Shown here one piece after another: positions 1 to 10,117 of a stretch of DNA of 64,000 nt; within the stretch, counting starts at the first letter, position 1; each line of letters opens with the position of its first letter. Made by a program: the position numbers and the translations under genes. The notes beneath the pieces were generated by a model, which did not search any database, was not told the origin of the DNA, and saw nothing but the letters and a program-made list of their open reading frames with translations. The stretch comes from Methanobacteriota archaeon (lineage in GTDB: Archaea; Thermoplasmatota; Thermoplasmata; Methanomassiliicoccales; UBA472): NCBI GenBank assembly GCA_021372335.1, contig JAJFUR010000056.1, positions 693 through 64,692 on the forward strand, given 5' to 3'.

Positions 1-1133
1 GCCAGAGCCTGCGCCCCCGCCAGGTCATCGAGGCCATGGACGAGTACTACTGCGCCTTCCCGGCCTGCGGCGGCCGGAGCGTCCACCGCCTGGCCACCGA
101 GGTGTCGGTCCGCATGGACAGGGCGAGGGAGGAGATCGCCGCCTTCGTCGGGGCGAGGGACCCCGAGTGCGTCGTCTTCACCAAGAGCGCCACGGAGTCC
201 CTGAACACAGTGGCCAAGGGGCTGCGCCTCAGGAAGGGGGAGAGGGTGATCACCACGGACATGGAGCACAACAGCAACCATGTGCCCTGGGTGCTCCTGG
301 CGAGGGAGAGGGGCATCCGCCGGGGCATCGTCCCCTTCTCGGCGCTGGAGCAGGGGGACCTGGAGCCCCTGAAGGAGGAGCTGGAGAAGGGCGCCCGGCT
401 GGTGAGCGTGGTCCACACCAACAACGTGGACGGCAGCACCATCCCCCTGGAGGCCGTGGTGGAGCTGGCGCATGACCGGGGGGCGCTGGTCATGGCCGAC
501 GGCTGCCAGACCGCCCCGCACAGCTCCCTGGCCCTGGACAGGACGGACGTCGACCTGTACGCCTGGTCCATGCACAAGATGCTCGGGCCTTCGGGGATGG
601 GGGCATTGTATGGAAAGAGGGAGGTCCTGGAGGGGATAGAGCCCCTGGTCACCGGCGGAGGGGCGGTGGCGATCACCTCCTACGATTCAGCGGAGCTGCT
701 TCCGGTCCCGGAGAGGTTCGAGGCCGGGCTTCAGAACTTCGCCGGCATCATCGGCAGCGGAGCGGCGGTCCGCTACCTCAGGGAGGTCGGGATGGAGGAG
801 ATCGTGGAGCACGAGCATCGGCTGAACGCCCTTGCCACCGAGGGCCTGTCGGCCATCGAAGGACTGAGCATCCTAGGTCCCCCTGACCCCCGCCGGAGGG
901 GCGGGATCCTCTCCTTCAATCTGAGGGGCATGCTCCCGCACGACGTGGCGATGATCCTGGACGAGATCGCCTCCGTCCTCATCCGCTCGGGCATGCACTG
1001 CGTCCATCCCTACTTCGCCGCCCGGGGCATGGAGGGGTGCGCCCGCGCCTCGTTGTACCTTTACAACACCGAGGAGGAGATGCGCCAGTTCGTCGAGGCC
1101 GTGGGGTACATCGCGGAAAGGTTCATGGGCTGA
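1..1133 (+). CDS. Cysteine desulfurase (SufS/NifS-type class V aminotransferase); 5' end lies outside the window
   Basis: Track ORF 36-1133. The frame stays open back to nt 3 (..QVIEAMDEYY..), so the true start is upstream. PLP-lysine motif SMHKMLGPSGMG and catalytic-Cys loop RSGMHCVHP are present. Confidence 0.85.
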   Translation, partial: QSLRPRQVIEAMDEYYCAFPACGGRSVHRLATEVSVRMDRAREEIAAFVGARDPECVVFTKSATESLNTVAKGLRLRKGERVITTDMEHNSNHVPWVLLARERGIRRGIVPFSALEQGDLEPLKEELEKGARLVSVVHTNNVDGSTIPLEAVVELAHDRGALVMADGCQTAPHSSLALDRTDVDLYAWSMHKMLGPSGMGALYGKREVLEGIEPLVTGGGAVAITSYDSAELLPVPERFEAGLQNFAGIIGSGAAVRYLREVGMEEIVEHEHRLNALATEGLSAIEGLSILGPPDPRRRGGILSFNLRGMLPHDVAMILDEIASVLIRSGMHCVHPYFAARGMEGCARASLYLYNTEEEMRQFVEAVGYIAERFMG

Positions 1134-1542
1134 GCGCGACGATGGTCGTTCCCCGGTCCTCGTTGATGACCAGGAATGAATCGGAGGGGGCGAAGGTCAA
1201 GGCCTCGGTCTCCTCCAACGCCCCCGAGGCGGTCTCCATAAGAAGCTGAGCGAAGGGGGCGCTGAACGGTACCTCCATCCCCTCGTCGCAGAGCACCGCG
1301 TACCCCTTCTGAACAAGCAGCGTCGCGGTGCTGGGGAGCATGCCCTCGAGATGCACCGTCCTCTCGAGCCCAGGGCCGGCGGCGACAAGGTCCGCGAACA
1401 GCTCCTCGAAGTCGGCGGCCAGTTCCCTCAGCGCCTCCGACCTGTCCGCATGTGCGGTCGTCTGCACGCCCTGCAGCAGCACGCCCAGGAGGGCGAACGC
1501 CACCAGGAAGGCCCATACCTTGGAAAGGAAGAACTCCATCAT
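1123..1542 (-). CDS. Small membrane-anchored protein, last gene of the pilin-like operon
   Basis: Internal ATG at 1542 gives MMEFFLSKVWAFLVAFALLGVLL (N-terminal TM helix). It shows an ATGA stop/start overlap with the upstream gene. The first 50 aa of the track ORF are an Arg/Gly-rich shadow extension. Confidence 0.5.
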   Translation of the reverse strand: MMEFFLSKVWAFLVAFALLGVLLQGVQTTAHADRSEALRELAADFEELFADLVAAGPGLERTVHLEGMLPSTATLLVQKGYAVLCDEGMEVPFSAPFAQLLMETASGALEETEALTFAPSDSFLVINEDRGTTIVALSP

Positions 1543-1982
1543 AGCTTGGCCACCGTCACCACGCCCCACTGCCCGGGGGGGCATTCCAGGCGCATCTGGT
1601 CGCCGGGGGTGAGCCTCACCGGCGCGTTGTCCCCGGAGAGCACGCATACCTCGCGGAGGTACCGGGCGCCCTCGTCCCCGCCGGCGCTCCAAGCTATCCG
1701 GGCGCTTGCCGCGGTGCCGTTGCCCCCGCCGATGTAGAGCACGACGTTCGGAGGAAGGTCTACCGGAACGTCGACGACGCGCACGTTCCCGGGGCCGGCC
1801 GCGGCCATCCCCTCGACCGTGCGGGCGATGTCCTCGGCCACCTCGGCCGCCTTCCTCTCGGCCATCCCCGCTGTCGTCCCATCAAGGACAGAGAGCATCG
1901 CGGGCAGGGTGAGGGAGATCAGAAGGGCCACTATGAGCAGCCGCAGGGGCAGCCCCTCTATCCCCCTTTCGTCCCGGCGCAA
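1539..1982 (-). CDS. Type IV pilin-like protein (class III signal-peptide-like N-terminus)
   Basis: N-terminus MRRDERGIEGLPLRLLIVALLISLTL has a charged head, a GIEGLPL motif and a hydrophobic helix. The same motif occurs in the adjacent gene. Confidence 0.5.
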   Translation of the reverse strand: MRRDERGIEGLPLRLLIVALLISLTLPAMLSVLDGTTAGMAERKAAEVAEDIARTVEGMAAAGPGNVRVVDVPVDLPPNVVLYIGGGNGTAASARIAWSAGGDEGARYLREVCVLSGDNAPVRLTPGDQMRLECPPGQWGVVTVAKL

Positions 1983-1986
1983 GGGC

Positions 1987-2466
1987 TCACCTGGAGATGA
2001 CCGGGATCTGCAGCGAGGAGTCCGTGCCCATCCCTCCCTTGGCGGCGGTCACGGTTATGAAGCCGATGCCGTTGCCGGAGGACGAGACCGTCAGCCCTGT
2101 GAACGTCGCCTTGCCGTCCGTCCCGGTCGTCCCGTAGACGAGCGCCCCGTCGGCGGTGCGCACGTTGCATCCGTCCAGCACCACGGAGGCGCCCTCGACC
2201 GCATCCCCGTTCTGGTCCCGCACCACGATCGTGATGGTCACGCTCTCGTTCTCGAAGGTGCCGTCGCCGTCCGTGTCCGTCAGCAGGACCTCGGACGGGC
2301 TGGCGCCCACCGATGAGATCGCCTGCGGCGCGGACAGCCCGCCCATCCATCCCACGAGGACGGCCGTGCCCAGTCCGGCTATGATGACCATTATCATCAG
2401 CTGAAGGGGAAGCCCTTCGATGCCGCCCTCCCTGTCCCCACTTATCCGTTTCCTTGAGAACCTCAT
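1987..2466 (-). CDS. Type IV pilin-like protein with a beta-sandwich (Ig/CarboxypepD_reg-like) C-terminal region
   Basis: Internal ATG at 2466 gives MRFSRKRISGDREGGIEGLPLQLMIMVIIAGLG. The C-terminus is rich in T/G/V beta-strand repeats (VTITIVVRDQNGDAVEGASVVLDG..). Upstream track residues fall in the AT-rich promoter region. Confidence 0.5.
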   Translation of the reverse strand: MRFSRKRISGDREGGIEGLPLQLMIMVIIAGLGTAVLVGWMGGLSAPQAISSVGASPSEVLLTDTDGDGTFENESVTITIVVRDQNGDAVEGASVVLDGCNVRTADGALVYGTTGTDGKATFTGLTVSSSGNGIGFITVTAAKGGMGTDSSLQIPVISR

Positions 2467-2568
2467 TGTATCTCCAAAATGAGGAAGGGTGCGGGTCATC
2501 AAGGCCCTCTCCCTTACAATGAGACTACCTTTGAAGGGGCATTCGGCAAGGATAAAAACGATTTTTGG

Positions 2569-2589
2569 CAAGAATAGATTATATTCTTG
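2569..2589. promoter_or_regulatory. Perfect 8-bp inverted repeat (CAAGAATA-gatta-TATTCTTG) in a divergent promoter region
   Basis: Read directly from the sequence. It lies in the ~250-nt AT-rich spacer between the pilin-like operon (minus) and the biotin carboxylase gene (plus). Confidence 0.35.
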
Positions 2590-2717
2590 TCGTAAAACGA
2601 ATATTCCATCCGAAATCAAAAAGAAATCAAGTTTGGGGAGGCGAAATTATTATAAAAAGAAGGTACATTCCCTGCCACGCAGTCGCATGCGCGAGGCCAT
2701 GCGCCTGAGGGCTCGAG

Positions 2718-4109
2718 ATGTTCAAGAAGGTGCTGATAGCGAACAGAGGGGAGATCGCCATTCGGGTGATCAACACCTGCAAGAGGATGGGCGTGCTCAC
2801 CGTGGGCATATACACCCCCTCCGACAAGCATTGCAAGCATGTGTCGCTGGCGGACAAGAGCGTCGAGCTCCGGACCGACGGCAACAGCATCGGATATCTT
2901 GACATCGACGCGATCATCGATGTGGCCAACCGGATGAAGGTGGACGCCATCCATCCAGGGTATGGCTTCCTGTCCGAGAAGCCGGAGTTCTCCGAGCGGT
3001 GCGAGGAGGAGGGGATAGCGTTCCTAGGCCCGTCCCACAGGGCCATGAGGCTGCTGGGGGGAAAGCTGTCCGCCAGGGAGTTCATGTCCAAGGTCGGGGT
3101 CCCCATCATGCCCGGCACCTTGGAGCCTTTGGAGACCCCGGAGGAGGCGATCAGGCAGGCCAACAAGATCGGGTACCCCGTCCTTCTGAAGGCGTCGGGG
3201 GGAGGGGGAGGGCGCGGGATGCGTCTGGTCCACAGCGACGAGGAGATGGAGAACGCCCTGACCTCCGCCAAGAGCGAGGCGGACAAGGCCTTCAAGAACC
3301 CCACCATATACTTGGAGAGGGCGTTGATGAGGGCGAGGCACATCGAGTTCCAGGTCGTCGGCGACTCCCGCGGGAACGCTTACTGCCTGGGGGAGAGGGA
3401 ATGCTCGGTGCAGCGCCGCCACCAGAAGATCATAGAGGAGACGCCGTCCTGCGCCGTCGGCCCCGAGCTGAGGCAGAGGATGTCCGAGCTGTGCGTGGCT
3501 GCGGTCAAGCGCGCGGGCTACACCTCGCTGGGGACGTTCGAGTTCCTCATGTCCGCCGAGGGGGAGCTGTTCTTCCTCGAGGCCAACACCAGGATCCAGG
3601 TCGAGCATCCCATCACCGAGCAGGTGACCGGGTTGGACCTGGTCGAGCTGCAGCTCAAGATCGGCTCCGATATTCCCGTGGAGGACGTCCTGTCCAAGGT
3701 AAGGCCGAAGGGGCATGCCATGGAGTTCAGGATCAACGCGGAGAACCCATTTAACAACTTCTTCCCCGCCCCGGGGAGGATCGAGAAGTATGTGGAACCG
3801 GCCGGGGACCACGTGCGCGTGGACTCCCACGCCTACGAAGGCTATGTCGTTCCTACGGAGTTTGACAACCTGCTCGCCAAGCTCGTGATATCGGGGAAGA
3901 CCAGGAACGAGGTCCTGAGCAGGGCGCAGGAGGCCCTGGACCGCTACACGGTCACCGGGATCAAGACCACGATCCCGTACCACCGCCTGGTGGTCAGGAA
4001 CCCCGACTTCCGCGCGGGCGACTACAGCATCGATTTCGTCAAGGAGCATCCGCCCCAGGACCTGCTGAGAACCACCGAGTTCTCCCTGTTCGAGAGCATC
4101 GGGCGCTAA
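2718..4109 (+). CDS. Biotin carboxylase (subunit A of pyruvate/acetyl-CoA carboxylase)
   Basis: N-terminus MFKKVLIANRGEIAIRVI, ATP-grasp glycine loop KASGGGGGRGMR, and EANTRIQVEHPITE. 463 aa. No carboxyltransferase/BCCP partner is adjacent. Confidence 0.9.
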   Translation: MFKKVLIANRGEIAIRVINTCKRMGVLTVGIYTPSDKHCKHVSLADKSVELRTDGNSIGYLDIDAIIDVANRMKVDAIHPGYGFLSEKPEFSERCEEEGIAFLGPSHRAMRLLGGKLSAREFMSKVGVPIMPGTLEPLETPEEAIRQANKIGYPVLLKASGGGGGRGMRLVHSDEEMENALTSAKSEADKAFKNPTIYLERALMRARHIEFQVVGDSRGNAYCLGERECSVQRRHQKIIEETPSCAVGPELRQRMSELCVAAVKRAGYTSLGTFEFLMSAEGELFFLEANTRIQVEHPITEQVTGLDLVELQLKIGSDIPVEDVLSKVRPKGHAMEFRINAENPFNNFFPAPGRIEKYVEPAGDHVRVDSHAYEGYVVPTEFDNLLAKLVISGKTRNEVLSRAQEALDRYTVTGIKTTIPYHRLVVRNPDFRAGDYSIDFVKEHPPQDLLRTTEFSLFESIGR

Positions 4110-4654
4110 AGAGGGATCTCCAGCAAGTCGGAGTAGATCGGCCCGGAGGGCGTCAGCACGCTCCTCTTCAGCCTTACCCTGTCGACCTGGAACGAACCGA
4201 GGTCCCGTCCCCTGTACATCTCCAGGAACGCATGCAGGTCCGGCCTCTGCCCCTCCCTCACCCGCGCGAGCGTGAGATGGGGGCTGAACGGCCTCCTCTC
4301 CCTTGGGAAGCCCAAGGGCTCGCAGCCCTCCTCCAGCGCGGCAGCCATCTTCGCCAACGGTTCCGCCCCCTCGATGCCTGTCCAGATGACCCTTGGGCTG
4401 TGCGTGCTCGGGAACGCGCCTACGCCGACGAGCCGAAGCGCGAAGGGGCGTACGCCCTCCACGGCCCTGCGCATGGCCGCCCTAATCCCTGGAACGGTGC
4501 CCTCATCGATCTCCCCCAGGAACTTCAGGGTGATGTGGATGTTGGCCGGGAGGACCGGCTTGAGCGCCCGCCCGAACCCCCTGAGCCCTTCGATCGCGCG
4601 CTCCAGCTCCTGGGAGGGGGGCACGTCCACGGCCACGAAGGCGCGGAGGCTCAT
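4106..4654 (-). CDS. thpR: RNA 2',3'-cyclic phosphodiesterase (2H phosphoesterase, LigT/ThpR family)
   Basis: Two HxTx motifs (HITLKF and HLTLAR). 182 aa, the typical size. Confidence 0.85.
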   Translation of the reverse strand: MSLRAFVAVDVPPSQELERAIEGLRGFGRALKPVLPANIHITLKFLGEIDEGTVPGIRAAMRRAVEGVRPFALRLVGVGAFPSTHSPRVIWTGIEGAEPLAKMAAALEEGCEPLGFPRERRPFSPHLTLARVREGQRPDLHAFLEMYRGRDLGSFQVDRVRLKRSVLTPSGPIYSDLLEIPL

Positions 4655-4944
4655 GCCCCCACCAGCGCATCGGAGCGTTCCCAGGCCGCCGATGGAAGCC
4701 CGGCCCTTCGCCCCCTTTCAGCCCTCAGCGCCGCTTCCCTGCCCTCCCGCGCATGGACGGGACGCACCATGTTCACAGTCCTCCATGCAATGGATAGGGC
4801 GATCCCGCCCCTCCTGTCCCGGCCCCCAGCGATGGTCAGCCTCTACACCCCCTCACTTTGGATATTAAGAGCGTTCCCCGCGAATAAAAAGGTTGAGCGG
4901 CCCGGGCCTCGGGACGCCGGGGGCCGGCGCCTTGCCCGGAGGGC

Positions 4945-6507
<1,563 letters not shown>

Positions 6508-6640
6508 TTATGCGTTAGAAGAGACCGATGGCATGGGCCATCAAGGTCCTGAATGCCCCTCCGTCCATGAACGGCCCTCCGATCGGGGCATGCCCTGAGC
6601 ACAGGAGAGCGCAGGGAACGGGACCGCTGGGGGACCATCG

Positions 6641-7843
6641 ATGAATGACAACTGCATAGCCGCCGTGAAGGTGAACCAGGACCTTTGCAGCCGGTGCAAG
6701 GTCTGCTACTCCACCTGTCCGTTCGAGGCGATCCGCCAGCGCCCGGACGACGGGCGGATCGAGATCGACATCCAGAAGTGCCAGGTATGCGGGATATGCT
6801 ATAGCGCCTGCCCGGTCTCGGCCATCGAGATGGCCTACTACGACCACGCCGGCCTCCTGGAGCACGTGCGGGCCGCCTGTCCCGGGGCGGAGACGCTGGT
6901 CATGATGTGCCGGGGCAATTCCCCCAGCAGCGGCGAGGTGGAGGATATCCTGGCGGACCATGGCCTGGACGTCAAGGGGTACGTCCCCATGCGCGTCCCG
7001 TGCGCGGGGCGGGTGCCCACGGACCTCATCTTCAATGCCCTGGCCTCCGGGATCAGGAACATCGTGTCGATCCAATGCCAGGACGGCTTCTGCCGCATGA
7101 AGGAGGGCACCCGGATCGAGACCAGGAGGCTGCTCCTCAGCAAGGCGGTGCTGCGGCAGCTCGGGTACCCGGAGGACGCGGTGCAGGTCGTCAAGTACTC
7201 GAGGAAGGCGGTGTGGACCGGCCACGAGTGCGTCGGCTGCGACAAATGCGTCTTCGTCTGCCCGTACGGGGCCATCGAGGCCGGGGCGATCTCGTCCCCC
7301 CGCATCGATCCGGGGAAGTGCGTGGGGTGCGGGGCGTGCCAGGTTGTCTGCCCGCACAACGCCATCCAGGTGAAGGGGTACGAGTTCTATTCCGTGCTGC
7401 GCTCCTACGAGGAGGCGGCGGAGCGGATGCGCAAGGCCGGGCGGCCATCGGTCCTGGTGTTCAGCTGCCAGTGGTCCGAGTTCACCGCGCTGGACGACCC
7501 TGAGGGGGTGTTGGGGGGAAGGAACGCCATGCTACTGGAGGTCCCCTGCTTCAAGGGGCTGGACCCCGTGCACGTGCTCACCGCCCTCCAGAGCGGGTTC
7601 GATGGGGTGATGGGGGTAGTGTGCGCACCCGAGGACTGCAAGCTGAAGAACGGCAGGGACGCCGCGGAGAGGCAGCTCGAGGTGCTCCTGATCGCCCTCA
7701 AGAGGCTGGGGCTTTCGGAGCGCTTCGAGCTGCATGAGCTATCCCCCCGATGCAAGGGGGAGTTCGCCCAGGCGTTCGACGCCTTCTACGCCCGGGTCTC
7801 GGCCATGCCCCGCGGCGGGGCATGCCGCAGGGAGGGGGACTGA
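6641..7843 (+). CDS. Polyferredoxin with two MvhD/FlpD-like domains (architecture Fd-MvhD-Fd-MvhD)
   Basis: Four CxxCxxCxxxCP motifs in two pairs (CSRCKVCYSTCP/CQVCGICYSACP and CVGCDKCVFVCP/CVGCGACQVVCP). Each pair is followed by an MvhD-like segment (..VPCAGRV..GIRNIVSIQCQDGFC.. and ..VPCFKGL..GFDGVMGVVCAPEDC..). Confidence 0.75.
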   Translation: MNDNCIAAVKVNQDLCSRCKVCYSTCPFEAIRQRPDDGRIEIDIQKCQVCGICYSACPVSAIEMAYYDHAGLLEHVRAACPGAETLVMMCRGNSPSSGEVEDILADHGLDVKGYVPMRVPCAGRVPTDLIFNALASGIRNIVSIQCQDGFCRMKEGTRIETRRLLLSKAVLRQLGYPEDAVQVVKYSRKAVWTGHECVGCDKCVFVCPYGAIEAGAISSPRIDPGKCVGCGACQVVCPHNAIQVKGYEFYSVLRSYEEAAERMRKAGRPSVLVFSCQWSEFTALDDPEGVLGGRNAMLLEVPCFKGLDPVHVLTALQSGFDGVMGVVCAPEDCKLKNGRDAAERQLEVLLIALKRLGLSERFELHELSPRCKGEFAQAFDAFYARVSAMPRGGACRREGD

Positions 7844-8683
7844 ATGTACCGGATAGTGGCAAAGGAGCGTCTGGCGTACAAGCACACCTTGTTCACCGTG
7901 GAGGCCCCCGACATCGCCGCCAAGGCAAGGCCGGGGCAGTTCCTGATCGTGGTACCGAAGGAGGGAGGGGAAAGGGTGCCCCTCAGCCTCTGCGCCTACG
8001 ACCAGGAGGCGGGCACGGTCTCGTTCGCCTTCCACGAGGTCGGGAGGACCACGAAGGAGCTCGGAACGCTCCAGGAGGGGGAGGGGCTGTTCAACGTCAC
8101 CGGCCCCCTTGGCAACCCTTCCGAGGTCCGGAGGTACGGCAGGGTGCTGTGCATCGGCGGGGGCATCATGATCGCCCCCGCCCTGCTGCAGGCCAGGGCG
8201 CTGAAGGAGGCGGGGAACGAGGTCATCACCATCCTCGCCTGCCGCAGCGCGGAGTTCCTGTTCAAGAGGGAGGAGGCCGAGCGCGTCAGCGACCGGGTGC
8301 TCATCGCCTCGGACGACGGGACCGTGGGGGAGAGGGGACTGGACTTCCTGACAGACCTTCTTGCCAAGGACCGGATCGACCGTTGCACCGTGATCGGCCC
8401 GGTGGTCATGATGAAGAGGGTCTGCGAGCTCACCCGCCCGTTCGCCGTCCCCACCATCGTCTCCCTGACCCCGATCATGATCGACGGCATGGGCATGTGC
8501 GGGGCGTGCCGGGTGACCGTCGGGGACAGGATGCTCTTCGGATGCGTGGACGGGCCCGAGTTCGACGGCCATAGGACCAACTTCGACGAGCTGATCAAGC
8601 GGCAGCGCAGCATGCTGCCCGAGGAACGCCTCAGCTCCATGCTCTGGGAGCACAAGGGAGGGTGCGCCTGTGGCCGGAGATGA
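7844..8683 (+). CDS. NfnA/SudB-like subunit (PyrK-type FAD/[2Fe-2S] oxidoreductase)
   Basis: PyrK-like fold signature: RPGQFLIV, GPLGNP, CIGGGIMIAP, and a C-terminal cluster motif DGMGMCGACRV..GCVDGPEF. It starts 1 nt after the upstream stop. Confidence 0.8.
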   Translation: MYRIVAKERLAYKHTLFTVEAPDIAAKARPGQFLIVVPKEGGERVPLSLCAYDQEAGTVSFAFHEVGRTTKELGTLQEGEGLFNVTGPLGNPSEVRRYGRVLCIGGGIMIAPALLQARALKEAGNEVITILACRSAEFLFKREEAERVSDRVLIASDDGTVGERGLDFLTDLLAKDRIDRCTVIGPVVMMKRVCELTRPFAVPTIVSLTPIMIDGMGMCGACRVTVGDRMLFGCVDGPEFDGHRTNFDELIKRQRSMLPEERLSSMLWEHKGGCACGRR

Positions 8684-10106
8684 GCCCTCCCGGCGGAGGA
8701 ACGACAGGGCATTGGACGAGGACGTCCCCATGCCGCGCCAGGACCCCAAGGAGCGGGTCAAGAACTTCAAGGAGGTCGCCCTCGGGTACACCGAGGAGAT
8801 GGCGGTGGCGGAGGCCCGGCGCTGCCTCAAATGCAAGAGCCCGCAGTGTCAGAAGGGGTGCCCGGTGGAGGTGCCCATCCCCCAGTTCATCGACTGCATC
8901 GTCCAGGGGAGGTATGAGGAGGGGATAGCCCTCATCAAGTCCAAGAACGCCCTCCCCGCGGTGTGCGGCCGGGTGTGCCCGCAGGAGCAGCAATGCCAGA
9001 TGAACTGCGTCCGGGGCAAGAGGGGCGACCCGGTCAACATCGGTCGCCTGGAGCGCTTCCTGGCGGACTGGGAGCGGGAGCATGGCGTGCGTGTGCCGGA
9101 ACGCCCCGCGGCCACGGGCAGGAGGGTGGCCATCATCGGGGCCGGGCCCTCCGGGCTTACCGCCGCCTCCGACCTCGCCCGGCTGGGCCATGGGGTCACG
9201 CTGTTCGAGGCGCTTCACGTGGCCGGGGGGGTGCTCATGTACGGCATTCCGGAGTTCCGGCTGCCGAAGGAGATCGTGCAGAGGGAGGTGGAGTACGTCC
9301 AGAGCCTTGGCGTAGACCTCCGCCTCGGGAACGTCATAGGGCGCATCGCCACCATCCCCGAGCTGCTGGAACAGGGGTATGATGCGGTATACATAGCGAG
9401 CGGGGCGGGCCTGCCCCAATGGACGGGGTGCCCGGGAGAGAATCTCGGAGGGATCTATTCGGCCAACGAGTTCCTGATCAGGGCCAACCTGATGAAGGCC
9501 TATCGCTTTCCGGAGACCGACACGCCCCTTCGCATAGGCAAGCATGTGGTGGTGATCGGCGGGGGGAACGTGGCCATGGACTGCGCGCGCATCTCCATGC
9601 GGCTGGGGGCGAAGGTGTGCCTGAACTACCGGCGCTCAAGGAACGAGCTGCCCGCCCGGCGCGAGGAGATCGAGAACGCGGAGGAGGAGGGGCTGACCTG
9701 CAACTTCCTCAACGCCCCGGCGGAGTTCTACGGGGACGAGAAAGGGTGGGTGCGGGCGATGCGCTGCACCTGCATGGAGCTCACCGAACCGGACGAGAGG
9801 GGGAGGACGGGGGTGAGGCCCATCGCCTGCTCGGACTTCGAGATGGAGACGGACACCGTGATCGTGGCGATAGGGCAGACGCCCAATCCCATCATCCAGA
9901 GGACGACCGAGGGGCTCAGGACCAATCCCCGGAACGGGACTATCATCGTGGACGAGGACGGCCGGACGAACCTGGAGGGGGTCTTTGCCGGCGGGGACGT
10001 GGCCACGGGGGCGGCCACGGTCATCAGCGCCATGGGCGCCGGGAAGAGGACCGCCAGGGCTATCCATGAATACCTAACGACCGGACCAAGGGGGGACCGT
10101 ACATAG
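8670..10106 (+). CDS. NfnB/SudA/GltD-like subunit (FAD, NADPH, 2x[4Fe-4S])
   Basis: RCLKCKSPQCQKGCPVEVPIP, NALPAVCGRVCPQEQQC, and dinucleotide folds VAIIGAGPSGL and VVVIGGGNVAMDCA. Alternative start at 8730 (MPRQDPKERVKNF). Confidence 0.85.
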   Translation: MAGDEPSRRRNDRALDEDVPMPRQDPKERVKNFKEVALGYTEEMAVAEARRCLKCKSPQCQKGCPVEVPIPQFIDCIVQGRYEEGIALIKSKNALPAVCGRVCPQEQQCQMNCVRGKRGDPVNIGRLERFLADWEREHGVRVPERPAATGRRVAIIGAGPSGLTAASDLARLGHGVTLFEALHVAGGVLMYGIPEFRLPKEIVQREVEYVQSLGVDLRLGNVIGRIATIPELLEQGYDAVYIASGAGLPQWTGCPGENLGGIYSANEFLIRANLMKAYRFPETDTPLRIGKHVVVIGGGNVAMDCARISMRLGAKVCLNYRRSRNELPARREEIENAEEEGLTCNFLNAPAEFYGDEKGWVRAMRCTCMELTEPDERGRTGVRPIACSDFEMETDTVIVAIGQTPNPIIQRTTEGLRTNPRNGTIIVDEDGRTNLEGVFAGGDVATGAATVISAMGAGKRTARAIHEYLTTGPRGDRT

Positions 10107-10117
10107 AGAAGCTGAAG

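Noticed and set aside
4651-4770. A 39-aa minus-strand ORF ending in an ATGA overlap with the thpR start.
   Set aside because: It is Arg/Ala/Gly-rich with a low-complexity translation typical of GC-rich non-coding sequence. No supporting signals.
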